Made by a program: the position numbers and the translations under genes
Notes under the pieces: generated by a model
The model's input: the letters and a program-made list of their open reading frames with translations, nothing else
Databases searched by the model: none
Told to the model about the DNA's origin: nothing
Shown here: positions 9,201 through 20,000 of the stretch, one piece after another
Layout of the letters: every line of letters starts with the position of its first letter
How positions within the stretch are numbered: position 1 is the stretch's first letter
Source of the DNA: Trichinella spiralis
Taxonomy: Eukaryota
Direction: 5' to 3'
NCBI RefSeq assembly: GCF_000181795.1
Contig: NW_003526944.1
Location: 947,280 to 967,279, forward strand
DNA: 20,000 bases

Positions 9201-10692
9201 ATACTCTGTTCACCAGGAAATGCGTTAAATTCAGTGCCTTTCAGCGTTAAATTAGCTATGCCATATATAAGTAGCACTAGAGTCTATGCCAACAGTTGAA
9301 CAAACACCCATTGGCCAACTATCTAAACTTTGCAGTACATCTTCAATATCCAATACTTCATAGCTGACAACGTCTAGACAACAAAGATTGCTATATATAA
9401 ATGAGTAATCACATAATAAGGAATTTTGAAAACTGATCTGACACTGAAGAACAGGGGAAACTGAGGACATCGGAAACAGTAAAACAATAAAAAGCATCGG
9501 AAAAATTGCAAATAGATGGCAAAGTCAGGAAAAAAGGCATTTCATTTAGAAGAATTATTGAAGCGGATATCAGTGGACGAACACTACTGCAGGAAGAAAA
9601 ATTTATGAATAGTTTTAAACATAGGAGTGCATAAATTCATCACTCCGATAAATTCGTCATTCCCATAAGTTCTATAAAGACAATTAAGATTTCATCAGCA
9701 GATAAAAAAGCAGATTCAATGAAGAATTGTTCTTGATTATTAGTTGCACTCTACAGCACACCTATATTGTAAAATATTTTATTCGTGTAATCGCATTTAT
9801 TGTTTACCGATGGAGTAAAAGCACAATTCATTGAAAAAGATGCGTTTTCATGTAAAACATATTGCATTCATGGTTTTGTTTCTTCATAAAATGCCATTGA
9901 GGATTTGTAAATTTCTCCTGAAAATAGCTAGGGCATATGATTTGGAATTTATGTACCTTTATCTTGCATAAAACACTTTTCAGTTATGAAGAACGTATTT
10001 AATAATTCGTTGCATCTTACAGAAGCATAATAACTTATAATTCTTCATCTGAAAAGATGCCTATAAATAAAATGCACCAGCACATGAGTTTGTCATGAAC
10101 TGTTTGTTCATTTATTCATTTTTATTCCATTTACAATAAACTGTTTTCAGGAATTAAAACAATTAAAATCTTTGATATGCAGCATGAAAGCAGTGTTAGA
10201 TAACGACTTAAATAGCAGAAGCTAATTCAATAATAAAGATGATGCATCGCAAGCTATTCTGTAACAGTTATTTTTCTAACTAAGCGAAGTTAAATAACGT
10301 ATCCATTTCTAACAGTTATGTTGTAATAAATGTTAAAGAAAAACAACATAGAAACCTGGTTTGAATTGGGATTTGTAGAAGGTAAATTTATAGAAACTTC
10401 GTGCATTGAACAATTATTTTACTTTGTTCTGGAACAACTTTGATCACAATAATAAAAATAGACTGAAAATAATGATAAATCAGATCCTCAAAAGTGAAAT
10501 AATGGTCTCTGAATCCCTTTTTCAACAAAAAAAGACATGCATTGAATTGAAAAGATGAGTATCGATTGAGAAATGACTGCAAATTTATGAGCACTTCTTG
10601 TACCAAGTTCAAAGCGCATTTATTCCTCAACAGCAGGGCAGCTTTCTGTTGAAACACTCCCAGCAACTATCATTCATCTTCAAAAAATTTGA

Positions 10693-13600
10693 ATTATTCA
10701 AAATAATCAGATTGAAATGCAATTCTCATGCAACATGGCAGATTTTCTGTCCTATTAATGCCACATTTAGAAACCAGCAACTCTGTAAAATTTCTCAAAA
10801 AAATCATTGTCAGCGGAATACTGAAAATTTTCACACTTATGACAAGTGCAATATCGCTTGGAGCTATCAACAAAACCATTTTATAATTTCTAGCGCTTTT
10901 CGAGAACCACAGAAATGGTTTTCGTGAATTTACATTTAGATAACTCGACAAATTCGAATAAATACTCAGCAGTAGCACATTCATTTGACCTCAAATTGTG
11001 CATTTATTTAATTTTATAGCATTCGTATTTAATTTCTAATGCGGGTGATTACTTTTCATGCTCATTATGCAGAGCAGTACAGAATATTGCATCGAAAGAG
11101 ACAACGGAATCAAATACCCACATATTTAGTATCATTAAAAAGCTAAACCGATAACAGCAGTGATATTCCACGAATGGCTTATATTCAAAAAAGCAAAGAG
11201 ATAATTCACATACGATAAGAAAAGCAGGTATTAATAAATTTTTAAGAAACATATGTCGAAAAATTCCATTCTACTGAAAGCTAAATAATAAATGATTGAG
11301 AAAACTAGTGCATTCGAAGTGAAAAATAATACATGCACATAATTTGGAAGTAATGGTCCAGTTTAAAAAGATTTACAGATTTTCAACCTTCCTACGTATT
11401 ACGGTAGGCAACGTACCGAATATAGAGGCCATTTGTACCACACCTAGTAAACCATTTTCGATGAAACTCTGGACAAAACTGGATCACACCACCGTAAATT
11501 CCTGACAATCAGAAACACATAGATTTTTGAAAAAAAACATTTTCGCCATTTTTCGAAAAAAACAACCAAATCTACAGTACACGAAATTGAAAAATTTTTG
11601 AGAAAAAATTTCTTTCGCCGAAACTTACTCATTTCGATTTTTATTGATCAGGAAAATATTTCGAATTTATACAAACTTATTTTCACTGTTCCTCACTGCG
11701 TATTTCTGGAGATATTGACAAATAAGTGAGTCATGGAATGGGATTATAAGGGGAACGAAATAGAAACACATAAAGCATAGGAGTTACATAGATATGCGTT
11801 TTGTATCATTCTACAAAAATTTAAGAATAAAATACGAAGAATAACCGCAAAAAACAGTGGCTTATTTAAATAGCAATTGCTCTTCATTTGCGTTTATGCA
11901 TTACAGTATCTTTAAAACTTAAAATTCTTATTTTTGCAATTTTTTGGGTGAATACTCTGCGGAGATAAAAAATAGTCAAAATTAACAAATTTCAATGCAA
12001 TTCTCACGCATTACATCTGTTTTTCTTTTCTAACAATGAAAAATTCAAAAATCGGCAGTTCCGTCAAATTTCTCAAAAAATCATCGATTGCGGGCTATTG
12101 AAAATTTACATACTTAAATGTGGTACAGTACTGCTTTCAATTATATACAAAGCATTTAATACTTTGTAGCGCTTTTCTAGAACGACGGAATTGATTTTCC
12201 TGAACTTACAGTTCGATTACTTGAAAAATTCCATCTGATGCAATGCAACAGACAATTCAATTATCCTGCATTGCAAATTTATTTAATTTTACAGCACTAA
12301 CATTTAATTTTTATCGCTATTTATTACGTATCATGGTCATGTTGCAAAGCGGTATATAACATTGCATAGAAAGCAAAGATGAAATCAAATACCGATACAT
12401 TTGGCATCAATGAAAAGGTAAATGAATTATGAAACCGATAATGGGGGTGACATTCCATAAATTGCTTATTTTAAGGAATGATGAAAGTTGCGAGGAATAC
12501 GTTAAGAAAAGCAGGTTTTAATAAATTTTTAACAGTAATATGTGGAGAAATTCACTTCAACTTATTGCTAACAGGAGATGAATCAATAGAAAACTAATGC
12601 AATCGAGGTGATAAATGTTTTATGTGCATTAATTGGAAGTCCCTGTTTCAGCAGTAAGAGATTTACAGATGTTCAACATTCCTGTGCATTACGGTAAGCA
12701 GTGTACCGAATTTAGAGTACATTTATACCCCAAATTGTAAACTTTTTTGGATGAAACTCTACATAACACTAGAACATTCCACATTTAATTCATACCAAAA
12801 AAGAAAACTAAGATTTTTAAAATGAATTTTCGGTCGTTCCTCTAAAAACAACGAAGTCTGCTGCCCATGAAATTTTGAAATTGTCGAGAAATATATTTTT
12901 CACTGAAAATTACTAATATCTGTATACATGGGTCAGGAAAAAGTTCCGAATTTATGCAAATTTATTCATGCTCTTCTTCATTGCGTATTTCCCGAGATAT
13001 TGACAAAAAAGTAAAACAAAATAGGATTATAAGGGGAATGTAACAAAACGGCATAAAAAATAGGGGTTACATCTATATGAACAATATATCATTCTGTAAA
13101 GATTTATATGTGAAAAACGAAGAATAACCACAAAGAACAGTGGTTTATTTAAATAGCAATTGCTCTTGATTTTCGGTTATGGATTACAGAATCGTTAAAA
13201 ATTAAAATTCTCATTTTCGCAACTGTTTGATTAATTGCTCTTTAAAGATAAAAATTAGTCAAAATTGGCAAATTTAAATTCAATTCTCGTGTATTGTATC
13301 AGTTTTTCTCTTCTAAAAATGTCAAATTCCAATACTATCAATTTCGCGAAATTTCTCAAAAAATCATCGATTGCGGAATATTGAAAATTTACATACTTAA
13401 ATGTAGCACAGTACTGATTTCAATTATCTGCAAAGCAATTAATATTTTGTCGCGCTTTTCTATAACCACGGAATTATTTTTCTTGAACTTACAGTTCGAT
13501 TACTTGAAAAATTCGATCAGATACAATGCATTAGCCCATTAATTTGTACTGAGTCAAGTTATTTCATAGCATCAGCATTTAATTTTTACGGCCATCTATT

Positions 13601-13815
13601 ACATTTTATGCTTATTGAGCAGCGTGGTATTCAACACTGCATACAAATGGAAAATACATTCAAATAGCCGTACATTTGGTCTTAATTGAAAGCTAAATAA
13701 ATTAAAAAGCCAATAAAATGATGATGATAATCCACGAACTATTTGATTTTAAGAAAGCAAAGACATAATAAACACGTTAAATAAGCAAATATTAATTATT
13801 ACTGAACAGCAAAAT
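10693..13815. repeat. Degenerate tandem repeat, unit ~1.28 kb, ~2.4 copies (starts ~10693, ~11971, ~13254)
   Basis: TTTCTCAAAAAA at 10791, 12069 and 13352 (offsets 1278 and 1283). Further shared anchors CAATTCTC, GCGCTTTTC, AGATTTACAGAT, ATTACGGTA, GATGAAACTCT, GAGATATTGACAAA, GGATTATAAGGGGAA, TATTTAAATAGCAATTGCTCTT. No conserved open frame. Confidence 0.93.
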
Positions 13816-14526
13816 AGCGTACTTTAATTCAATTGATGGCTATAGTAAGATAAATTAATCGCCCTTATCGCTGTGAACGTTTCCCAAAAAGAACATTATT
13901 ATTTAATCAAATCCACAACATTCCAGCGCTCTCCTTTCATCTGAAAGCAGGGGCAAGTTTGGGAATTTCCTACAGATAATGGCTATCCATGTTGTTCTTT
14001 GAGCTTTTGAGGACACTGATTAGCATCGTCAATCAGAAAACACAACGTTATAGTCGGAGAAGAAAGAGGAGAATGCAGGAAGAACAAACACCCGTATGAA
14101 AGAAGTAAATGCTGTTAGAATATCTACTTCTTTCCTTCACACAATCCTCACGCATAAGATTGAGAAGTTGTTTTTTTATTTATCAGTATTTTACATCTGG
14201 GAAGTACATCTGTTATGGTGAAGAAGGTATTTTCTCAATGATGGGAAAGAAATGCATTTATATGTATCCGCGTTCTTCCTAATAAAGTGACCTCATAGGG
14301 TTCTTCAGCACTGGCTTTAAGAAAGTACTGTGTAATAGTGATATTATCAACGGTCTAAAGTGGAAGGGAACATTTAGCGCAAAACAAATTTGATCTGTCA
14401 ATCAGAAGCAGCCCTGTAAAGCGAATGAAAAGTGTTAAGTATCAGCTGATGCTGCAGCCATATCGTGATGAGAAAGTTTTATTTTGAAATGAAAAAGTTG
14501 CAACTGAACTGCTATTAGAGTTGATA

Positions 14527-14930
14527 AACCTGGCCATGATTGACGCAGTGTGTATGCGAAAAGTATATGAAAGATACAAAAAAGGTAAAGAAAAACCCGC
14601 ATATACGTAAAACTTCCTACCTGAGAAATGGCATACTGGTGATGAGGAATGAAACAAACGTAGATCCGTGAAACAGTCCAACTGATGGTCGTTGTTTGAT
14701 CGTATCTGCATTCCAATATTCTCAACGGATATGTGAATGTGAAGCAACAAAAATGAGCAAATTACCTAAAGCAGCAGTTAGGCCAATATTCGTCAGCAAA
14801 TAATTATATAACAATTGCCTGCTCATAATGAAAACAGCTTTACATATAGGAAATTACTTCTGATTTGAATGGCACATAATGCTTTCAGTAGAATGCCATC
14901 GGCAGTGTTCATCGTGAAATTATCATAAAG
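14527..14930. repeat. Diverged dispersed duplicate, copy 2 (paralogous to ~8810-9200)
   Basis: Same anchors and orientation as copy 1, about 5.7 kb away. Confidence 0.8.
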
Positions 14931-15859
14931 TTACCTGGAAATGGACGTGTGTTTACTAAGCGTGAATTAGGGCACTGAGCTAGTATGGCGTTGATTTGAA
15001 AACTTATAAACTATCAATGGAACATCACTTACTTTAACCAAATCAGCTTCTCAAAACTTTGATTTTTCACTATCATGGAAAATTTGTATTAAAATAGAAT
15101 ACAAAATAAAATAAAACAAGAACAAAGGAATAAACACGAAATAGGTTATGTCATAAGAAACAGGCAACGGAATAGAATTGCAATAAAAGTAGTTGAATTT
15201 TTTGAAAAAACTTTTCGCAATAAATGCTGATCAATAAACAATAAATAGTCAATACTTCGTAACAAACTAAAATGGATTATTCATCCATCATTGTGGTAAC
15301 AATCATAGTAATATAAACAATTCAGTTATTAAGATTCGTTAATGTTTTGCTCATCCGAAATTTACCTAGTTAAAACTCTAGTTTTAAAATGCCTATAAAA
15401 AACAATTTTAAAATCGTGCTAAATATAATTTATTAAATAATTTACTTCAACATTGATATTTTTAAAATAAAATTGAAATGTAATTGAAAAATGTCAAAAG
15501 GCAATTTATTGATTTCAAAAATGTACTGTAATTCGAACTTGATTATTACGATTACTGTAGAACTGTTCAATATAAAGATGTGTTATGTAAACCGTTTGAA
15601 CAATGGTTTCCACTTTGAGCGCATAACTTTAATCTGTAATGTGTACGATTTAGTAATACGTACCTTAATTCTTGTGGAAAATTAGTTTATATTCACGTTC
15701 GCTTCATTCCTGAGAAACTGTGCAACTGTTTTATTTCTTCGCTTTAGTGCTACATTTTAAATCTTTCCTCATTATGTTGTCTTTTTCTGCGCTTTTCTGA
15801 ATGTCTTGTGAAGAATTTTTCTCTTTATTGTTATGCATTTCGTTCTTCGGTAAAGATTG

Positions 15860-15874
15860 ATTTTGTTCTTTTAG
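15860..15874 (+). promoter_or_regulatory. Unpaired splice acceptor 9 nt upstream of the CTNNBL1 ATG (possible trans-splice site or 5'UTR intron end)
   Basis: ttttgttcttttAG ends at 15874 after a T-rich tract. The nearest donor-like GTAAAG (15850) would give only a 25-nt intron. Confidence 0.35.
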
Positions 15875-15883
15875 ATAAACACT

Positions 15884-17656
15884 ATGTCTGCAATTGACGT
15901 CAATGAAAGTTTGCAGTCGGTAAGAAGTTACATACCACCGATTTTAATGTAACTTTTGATATTGTTTTTTCTGTAAAGCAGGGTATTAATTCGACTAGCC
16001 AGGGTAGTAATGCAGCTGAAGAAAATGGAGAGGGCCAGCGTCAGCGTCTCGACCCTTCATTTGTAATTTTTGAAACTCTACGTGTGGATTTGCAGGATGA
16101 ATCTTCTGTGAGACGACTGATTTTATATTTTGAAAATCTAGCAGCTAAGAATCAAGAATTGCGAATCAAATACCCTAATGATCCAATTCAGTTCTTGGAT
16201 AGTGATATCGAATTGAACATGACAATACGAGATCTTCATTGTTTGTCTAATGCACCTCAATTCTATGGACTTCTTGTTCGCCTGAACGCTGTATCCATTC
16301 TGTGTCAGCTTCTATTGCATCCAAAGTGCAGCATCGGTCTTGCAGTAGCTGATCTGCTATTCGTATACAGAATTTTAATATATTCTTTCTGTTCTTCTTG
16401 CTTAACTATAGGCATGAAATTTATTTTAGGAAATGATCGAAATCGAAACTGAACCACAGTACCTTAAAATTTTGATTGATGCTTTGATGGATGCTCAGGC
16501 GCCGGAATGTTTGCTTACAAATTTGAAAAGATTGAATGAAAATAATCGAGAAGATGCTATTTCAGTTTATTCTACAATTGCCGTGCTTGAGACCATGATC
16601 GAGAAGACTACCAACGCGGCCGATGTAGCCGTTCAATGCGGCTATGTCCAATGGCTGCTGAATCGTCTGAAAATGAAAATTCCCTTTGACGATAACAAAG
16701 TACACTGTAATCGATTTCTTGGAATTTTGCTGAAAAACAGTGGTGAAGGTAAAAAAGTTTTCCATGAGAACAATGGAATCGATATTTTGCTGGAACAGCT
16801 CGCCGGCTATAAACGTCGAGATCTTTACGGCTCGTACAAAAAGAAAAACATGACATACGGTTTCATTTCTTTATGCGCTTCTTTGCTTTATGTCCCAAAT
16901 AAGCACAGATTTCGAGAAGGTGAAGGCTTTCAGCTGATGCTTATGATGCTTCGGTAAGTACTTCAGATTTTACTTATTAAAATAGACAGTTGTATAATTC
17001 AAAAAGTATCCATTAGAATGTCCAAAACAGCTCTGAGATGGGCATTCAAGGCATTGGATGACGCGACCAGAAATCCGGATTCGAAGGAAAACTGTAACAA
17101 ACTTGTCGACGTAGGTGGCTTGGGAACAATTTTTCCATTTTTCATGCGTCCAGTGAGTCGCAGAATCCGTAAATACTTTCCAATAGAAGAACAAGAAGAG
17201 CATGTCTGTTCAATTTTGAGCTCCTTGTTAAAGTATTGCGATTCTTCACAACAGAAGCGAGTAATGAAAAAGTTTTCTGAAAACAACTTCGAAAAATTGA
17301 AACGTCTCGCAAAGCTGCATAAGAAGTACTGGTTGCGTGTGAGAGATTTCGAGAAAACGCATACCAGTTTGACTGACGATAACAAGATTTACTTGGACAA
17401 GCTGGGAAATTGGCTTTCCACATTACAGTCGATCGGTTTCATTTTCTCAGTGGTACTTGTCAAAGGGGGTAATAACCTGGCACAGCAAGCGATGGAACTT
17501 TTGGCCTTGCATCAGCTGTTTTTGGAAAGTATTCAACAGGTTCTCAAAGAATATGCAGAAAATCTTGGACTAGACGGAGAATCGAAAAGCGAAGACAAAG
17601 CATTGGTCGAAACACTCATCAAGCAACTGGATCGCATGAAGTCTCAAGCTGAATAG
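15884..17656 (+). CDS. CTNNBL1: Beta-catenin-like protein 1 (Prp19/CDC5L complex ARM protein), diverged; exons 15884-15919, 15982-16362, 16430-16953, 17017-17656; 526 aa
   Basis: Family motifs DESSVRRLILYFE…KNQELRIKYP, QWLLNRLKMKIPFDDNK, GIDILLEQL, RFREGEGFQLMLMMLR, GLGTIFPFFM, EEHVCSILSSLL, KEYAENLG. Three GT-AG introns (62, 67, 63 nt) join the ORF-track pieces in frame. TAG at 17654-17656 and AATAAA at 17711. Confidence 0.95.
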
Positions 17657-17843
17657 TATGATTTGTATTTTTTGAATTTATTTTACCATCAGATCGTATG
17701 CGGAGTGAAAAATAAAAAACACTTTGACATCTAAAAATCTTGATTATGAAACCTACATAACAGTTCAAATACATTATTCATTTCATTTTTTGCAAATGAT
17801 AAATGGTAACATTAATTACAAATTAATGCTAAATGCAAATGCT

Positions 17844-20000
17844 TCATTTATACAACAAACCATCTGGCCAGTAGTAAAAGCACAAATAACAGTCTGTTAT
17901 AAGCCTTTCAAACGGTGCACAAGCATTGGAATCAATTGTGCTGCGATGCAATTGATCTACATTTTCTGGTGATAGCCAACGGCTAAAGTCAGAAAATAGA
18001 CGAACTTCTGGAACGTTGTGTCCAGTTTCTTCTCCTGCACAGAAGATAATAACAATAATACAATAACTATTACTAACTGGATATAGGATATGAAAACGTA
18101 AAAAACAAAAAGCATCAGAATCTATTCACAAAAATCACCTTCTCTATCTGCCATGCTGTCGAAAAAAATCCAATCCGATTCTGGTCGGTCCCCAACTCTT
18201 ACAAAGCTAACATAATGCGAACTCTCGATGCACAATACAGCAGCTAGCTGTAAAATCACAGGACTAGGCGGTGATAGAACATCTATGCTGGGCAGCGTGA
18301 CAACAGCATGATCCTGTTCGCTCTTCAGAGCACAGTGAAACTATATTTCCAGAAGAGAGAAAAAAAATATTCAAAAAGCATATTCTCTACTTCAACTATA
18401 AATCTCTAATACCTCTCGAAAGCAGTTGAAGCAAAAAAATGTTTCATTTAACCAATGAGTTTCTGTCAAATAACATTCTAGACATTGTAAATTAGCTAAA
18501 GATGAACATTTCCAGCACACGTGTGGATCTAAAAAATAAAATTTTAATGTTCCAAAAAATATTAAATACGCTTCACAAACTGGTTAAACAATGCTTTCAG
18601 AAAAATCACACTATTTACATTAATAATAACAGTAAAAATACTACTATATCATAAAAAAAATCATTCTACAACAATAATTTCTGTTAATATTAAAATGTAG
18701 TATGCTGTCAAATTCGAAAGTAAGAAATTCATTTTGCAAACTTATCAATATATACTGCTCAAACCTTGTAAACGTTGTATTGAAAACTGACGCCAAAAAT
18801 TGAAAATCATTATCAAAAATCACTCACGACAAAGCAAAATGCTGGATATGTCCAGCTCCAATGATGGCAAAACACCACGTTACAGACGTTCTTTACCATA
18901 ACGAGGGATTTGAAGAATAAATCGAGTGTGAATCTAAAGCATGAAAATCGAAATATATAAAGCAAACGCATACTTATAAACAGTAGTCTTTTACCCTCAC
19001 AGACCCTCTTTAATAAAATGTTCAAATCAAAAAAATTCTGCTCCATTAATAATTGTTGCACGCTAACTACGGTTTTGCAGCTTTGCGATGACGGCTGCTG
19101 ATCACTGCAGATAAGTTGGAATAAATAGCTACTTTCATTAGATCTGAAAAGAATAAAATGTTTTTTCCATATCGATAATGATTTAATCGAAGAAACAATA
19201 ACAAATACTTACGAAAGTTTAATGTCCGGCTCCACTTGACATATACGACCAAAGAGTAAATTGAGAAATTCTTCTACATCTTTCTCCTCTTCCATGAATC
19301 CTTTCATGTCAGGAGCAATTTCTGTAATCTGTCGCCGGAATTCCATTCACACGGTCGGCACGTACATACTGATACCTGTTTAAAGTAAATCACTGAACAA
19401 CAAGCATATTTACAACACAAACAAAACTGCTCACTTTCACAACGGGTATACGATGTCGCAACGCAGTGCATCAACAACATGCTTACGCTTAACACATCCA
19501 CATCTTTCCGACAGTGCAAAAGATAGCTTGAAAAATGATGAAAACAACGTCAACCATATTTCAAGCAACTACTGTAAAATGTGCATTGAAATGAGAAATT
19601 TGAATTAGCAATTAAATGTAGGAACACTTCGGCACAGTTGAAACTATCAATTCAACTGCATCATTGTGGCCACTGCTCTAGTCTTGGGTAGTAATGTGAT
19701 TTTGTGAAAAACGAACATAATCACTATTATGCATAGCAAGACATAATATACCAAGACAGAAAATGTAAAGTTGCTTTTTTTGAGAAATTTTAAAATAAAT
19801 TCAAAAGCAGATACCTGTCGAACGCGTTTCAACAAGAAACCATTGAAAACAAAGCGGTATCCATGTAACACGAATTACTGTGCCCTTGGATGCCTTTCGG
19901 TTTTCCAAGTAAAACAGCCAAATCGTTCGAACAAAGGCATGGCGTGTAGTGAGCAATAAAATCTGCTCTATTCTTATGGTAATCATTCCAGCTTTGCCTC
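17844..20000 (-). pseudogene. CYLD: CYLD deubiquitinase, USP-domain portion, disabled; exons >20000-19815, 19526-19435, 19375-19213, 19143-19005, 18933-18828, 18528-18413, 18340-18139, 18034-17844
   Basis: Translation gives KGIQGHSNSCYMD (Cys box), EEEKDVEEFLNLLF, QIPRYGKE, LPSLELDI, B-box CWKC…CLEC…[18 protein letters not shown]…[11 protein letters not shown] and the C-terminus DCYLCFYYWPDGLLYK*. In-frame stops at 19829-19831, 19437-19439 and 18880-18882; frameshifts near 19485 and 19347. Confidence 0.92.
18046..18075. repeat. Short imperfect (AAT/AAC)n microsatellite in the last CYLD intron
   Basis: ataataacaataatacaataactattacta. Confidence 0.6.

Noticed and set aside
9250..10690. Exon-like blocks and short ORFs (9252-9497, 9600-10050, 10388-10666)
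   Set aside because: Stops in all plausible joins and no recognisable domain; a weak Cys/His zinc-finger impression near 10550-10680 was unconvincing.
10598..13542. ORFs within the 1.28-kb repeat
   Set aside because: Equivalent frames contain stops or frameshifts in the other copies; peptide similarity only mirrors DNA similarity.
18880..19831. Stop-codon recoding or alternative genetic code explaining the CYLD stops
   Set aside because: The stops are of two types (TGA, TAA) and co-occur with two frameshifts; TGA is also the true CYLD terminator.
16562..19986. Antisense and alternate-frame ORFs over CTNNBL1 and CYLD
   Set aside because: Shadows of the real exons or read-through into introns.

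Overview
AT-rich eukaryotic genomic DNA with short GT-AG introns, probably an invertebrate; a clade I nematode such as Trichinella is plausible but unproven. The right end holds two recognisable genes arranged tail-to-tail. One is an intact but unusually diverged 4-exon CTNNBL1 (beta-catenin-like 1) on + (15884-17656, 526 aa). The other is the USP-domain half of CYLD on - (17844 to >20000, 8 exons). The CYLD copy keeps the catalytic Cys/His/Asp and its splice sites but carries three in-frame stops and two frameshifts, so it is an unprocessed pseudogene unless these are sequencing errors. The left 15 kb is a patchwork of duplications: a 907-bp tandem duplication ending at a degenerate 18S rRNA 3' fragment; an array of 223-bp palindromic (MITE-like) units repeated on both sides of an N-gap (partly an assembly artefact); a 278-bp duplication containing a frame-conserved 36-codon exon-like module plus a third diverged copy; a ~1.28-kb degenerate tandem repeat (~2.4 copies); and several diverged exon-like duplicates of unknown function. 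Most ORF-track entries are spurious. Protein comparisons are to family sequences recalled from memory; no searches were run. I found no firm evidence for a new biological system; the best leads are the diverged CTNNBL1 and the repeated exon module.
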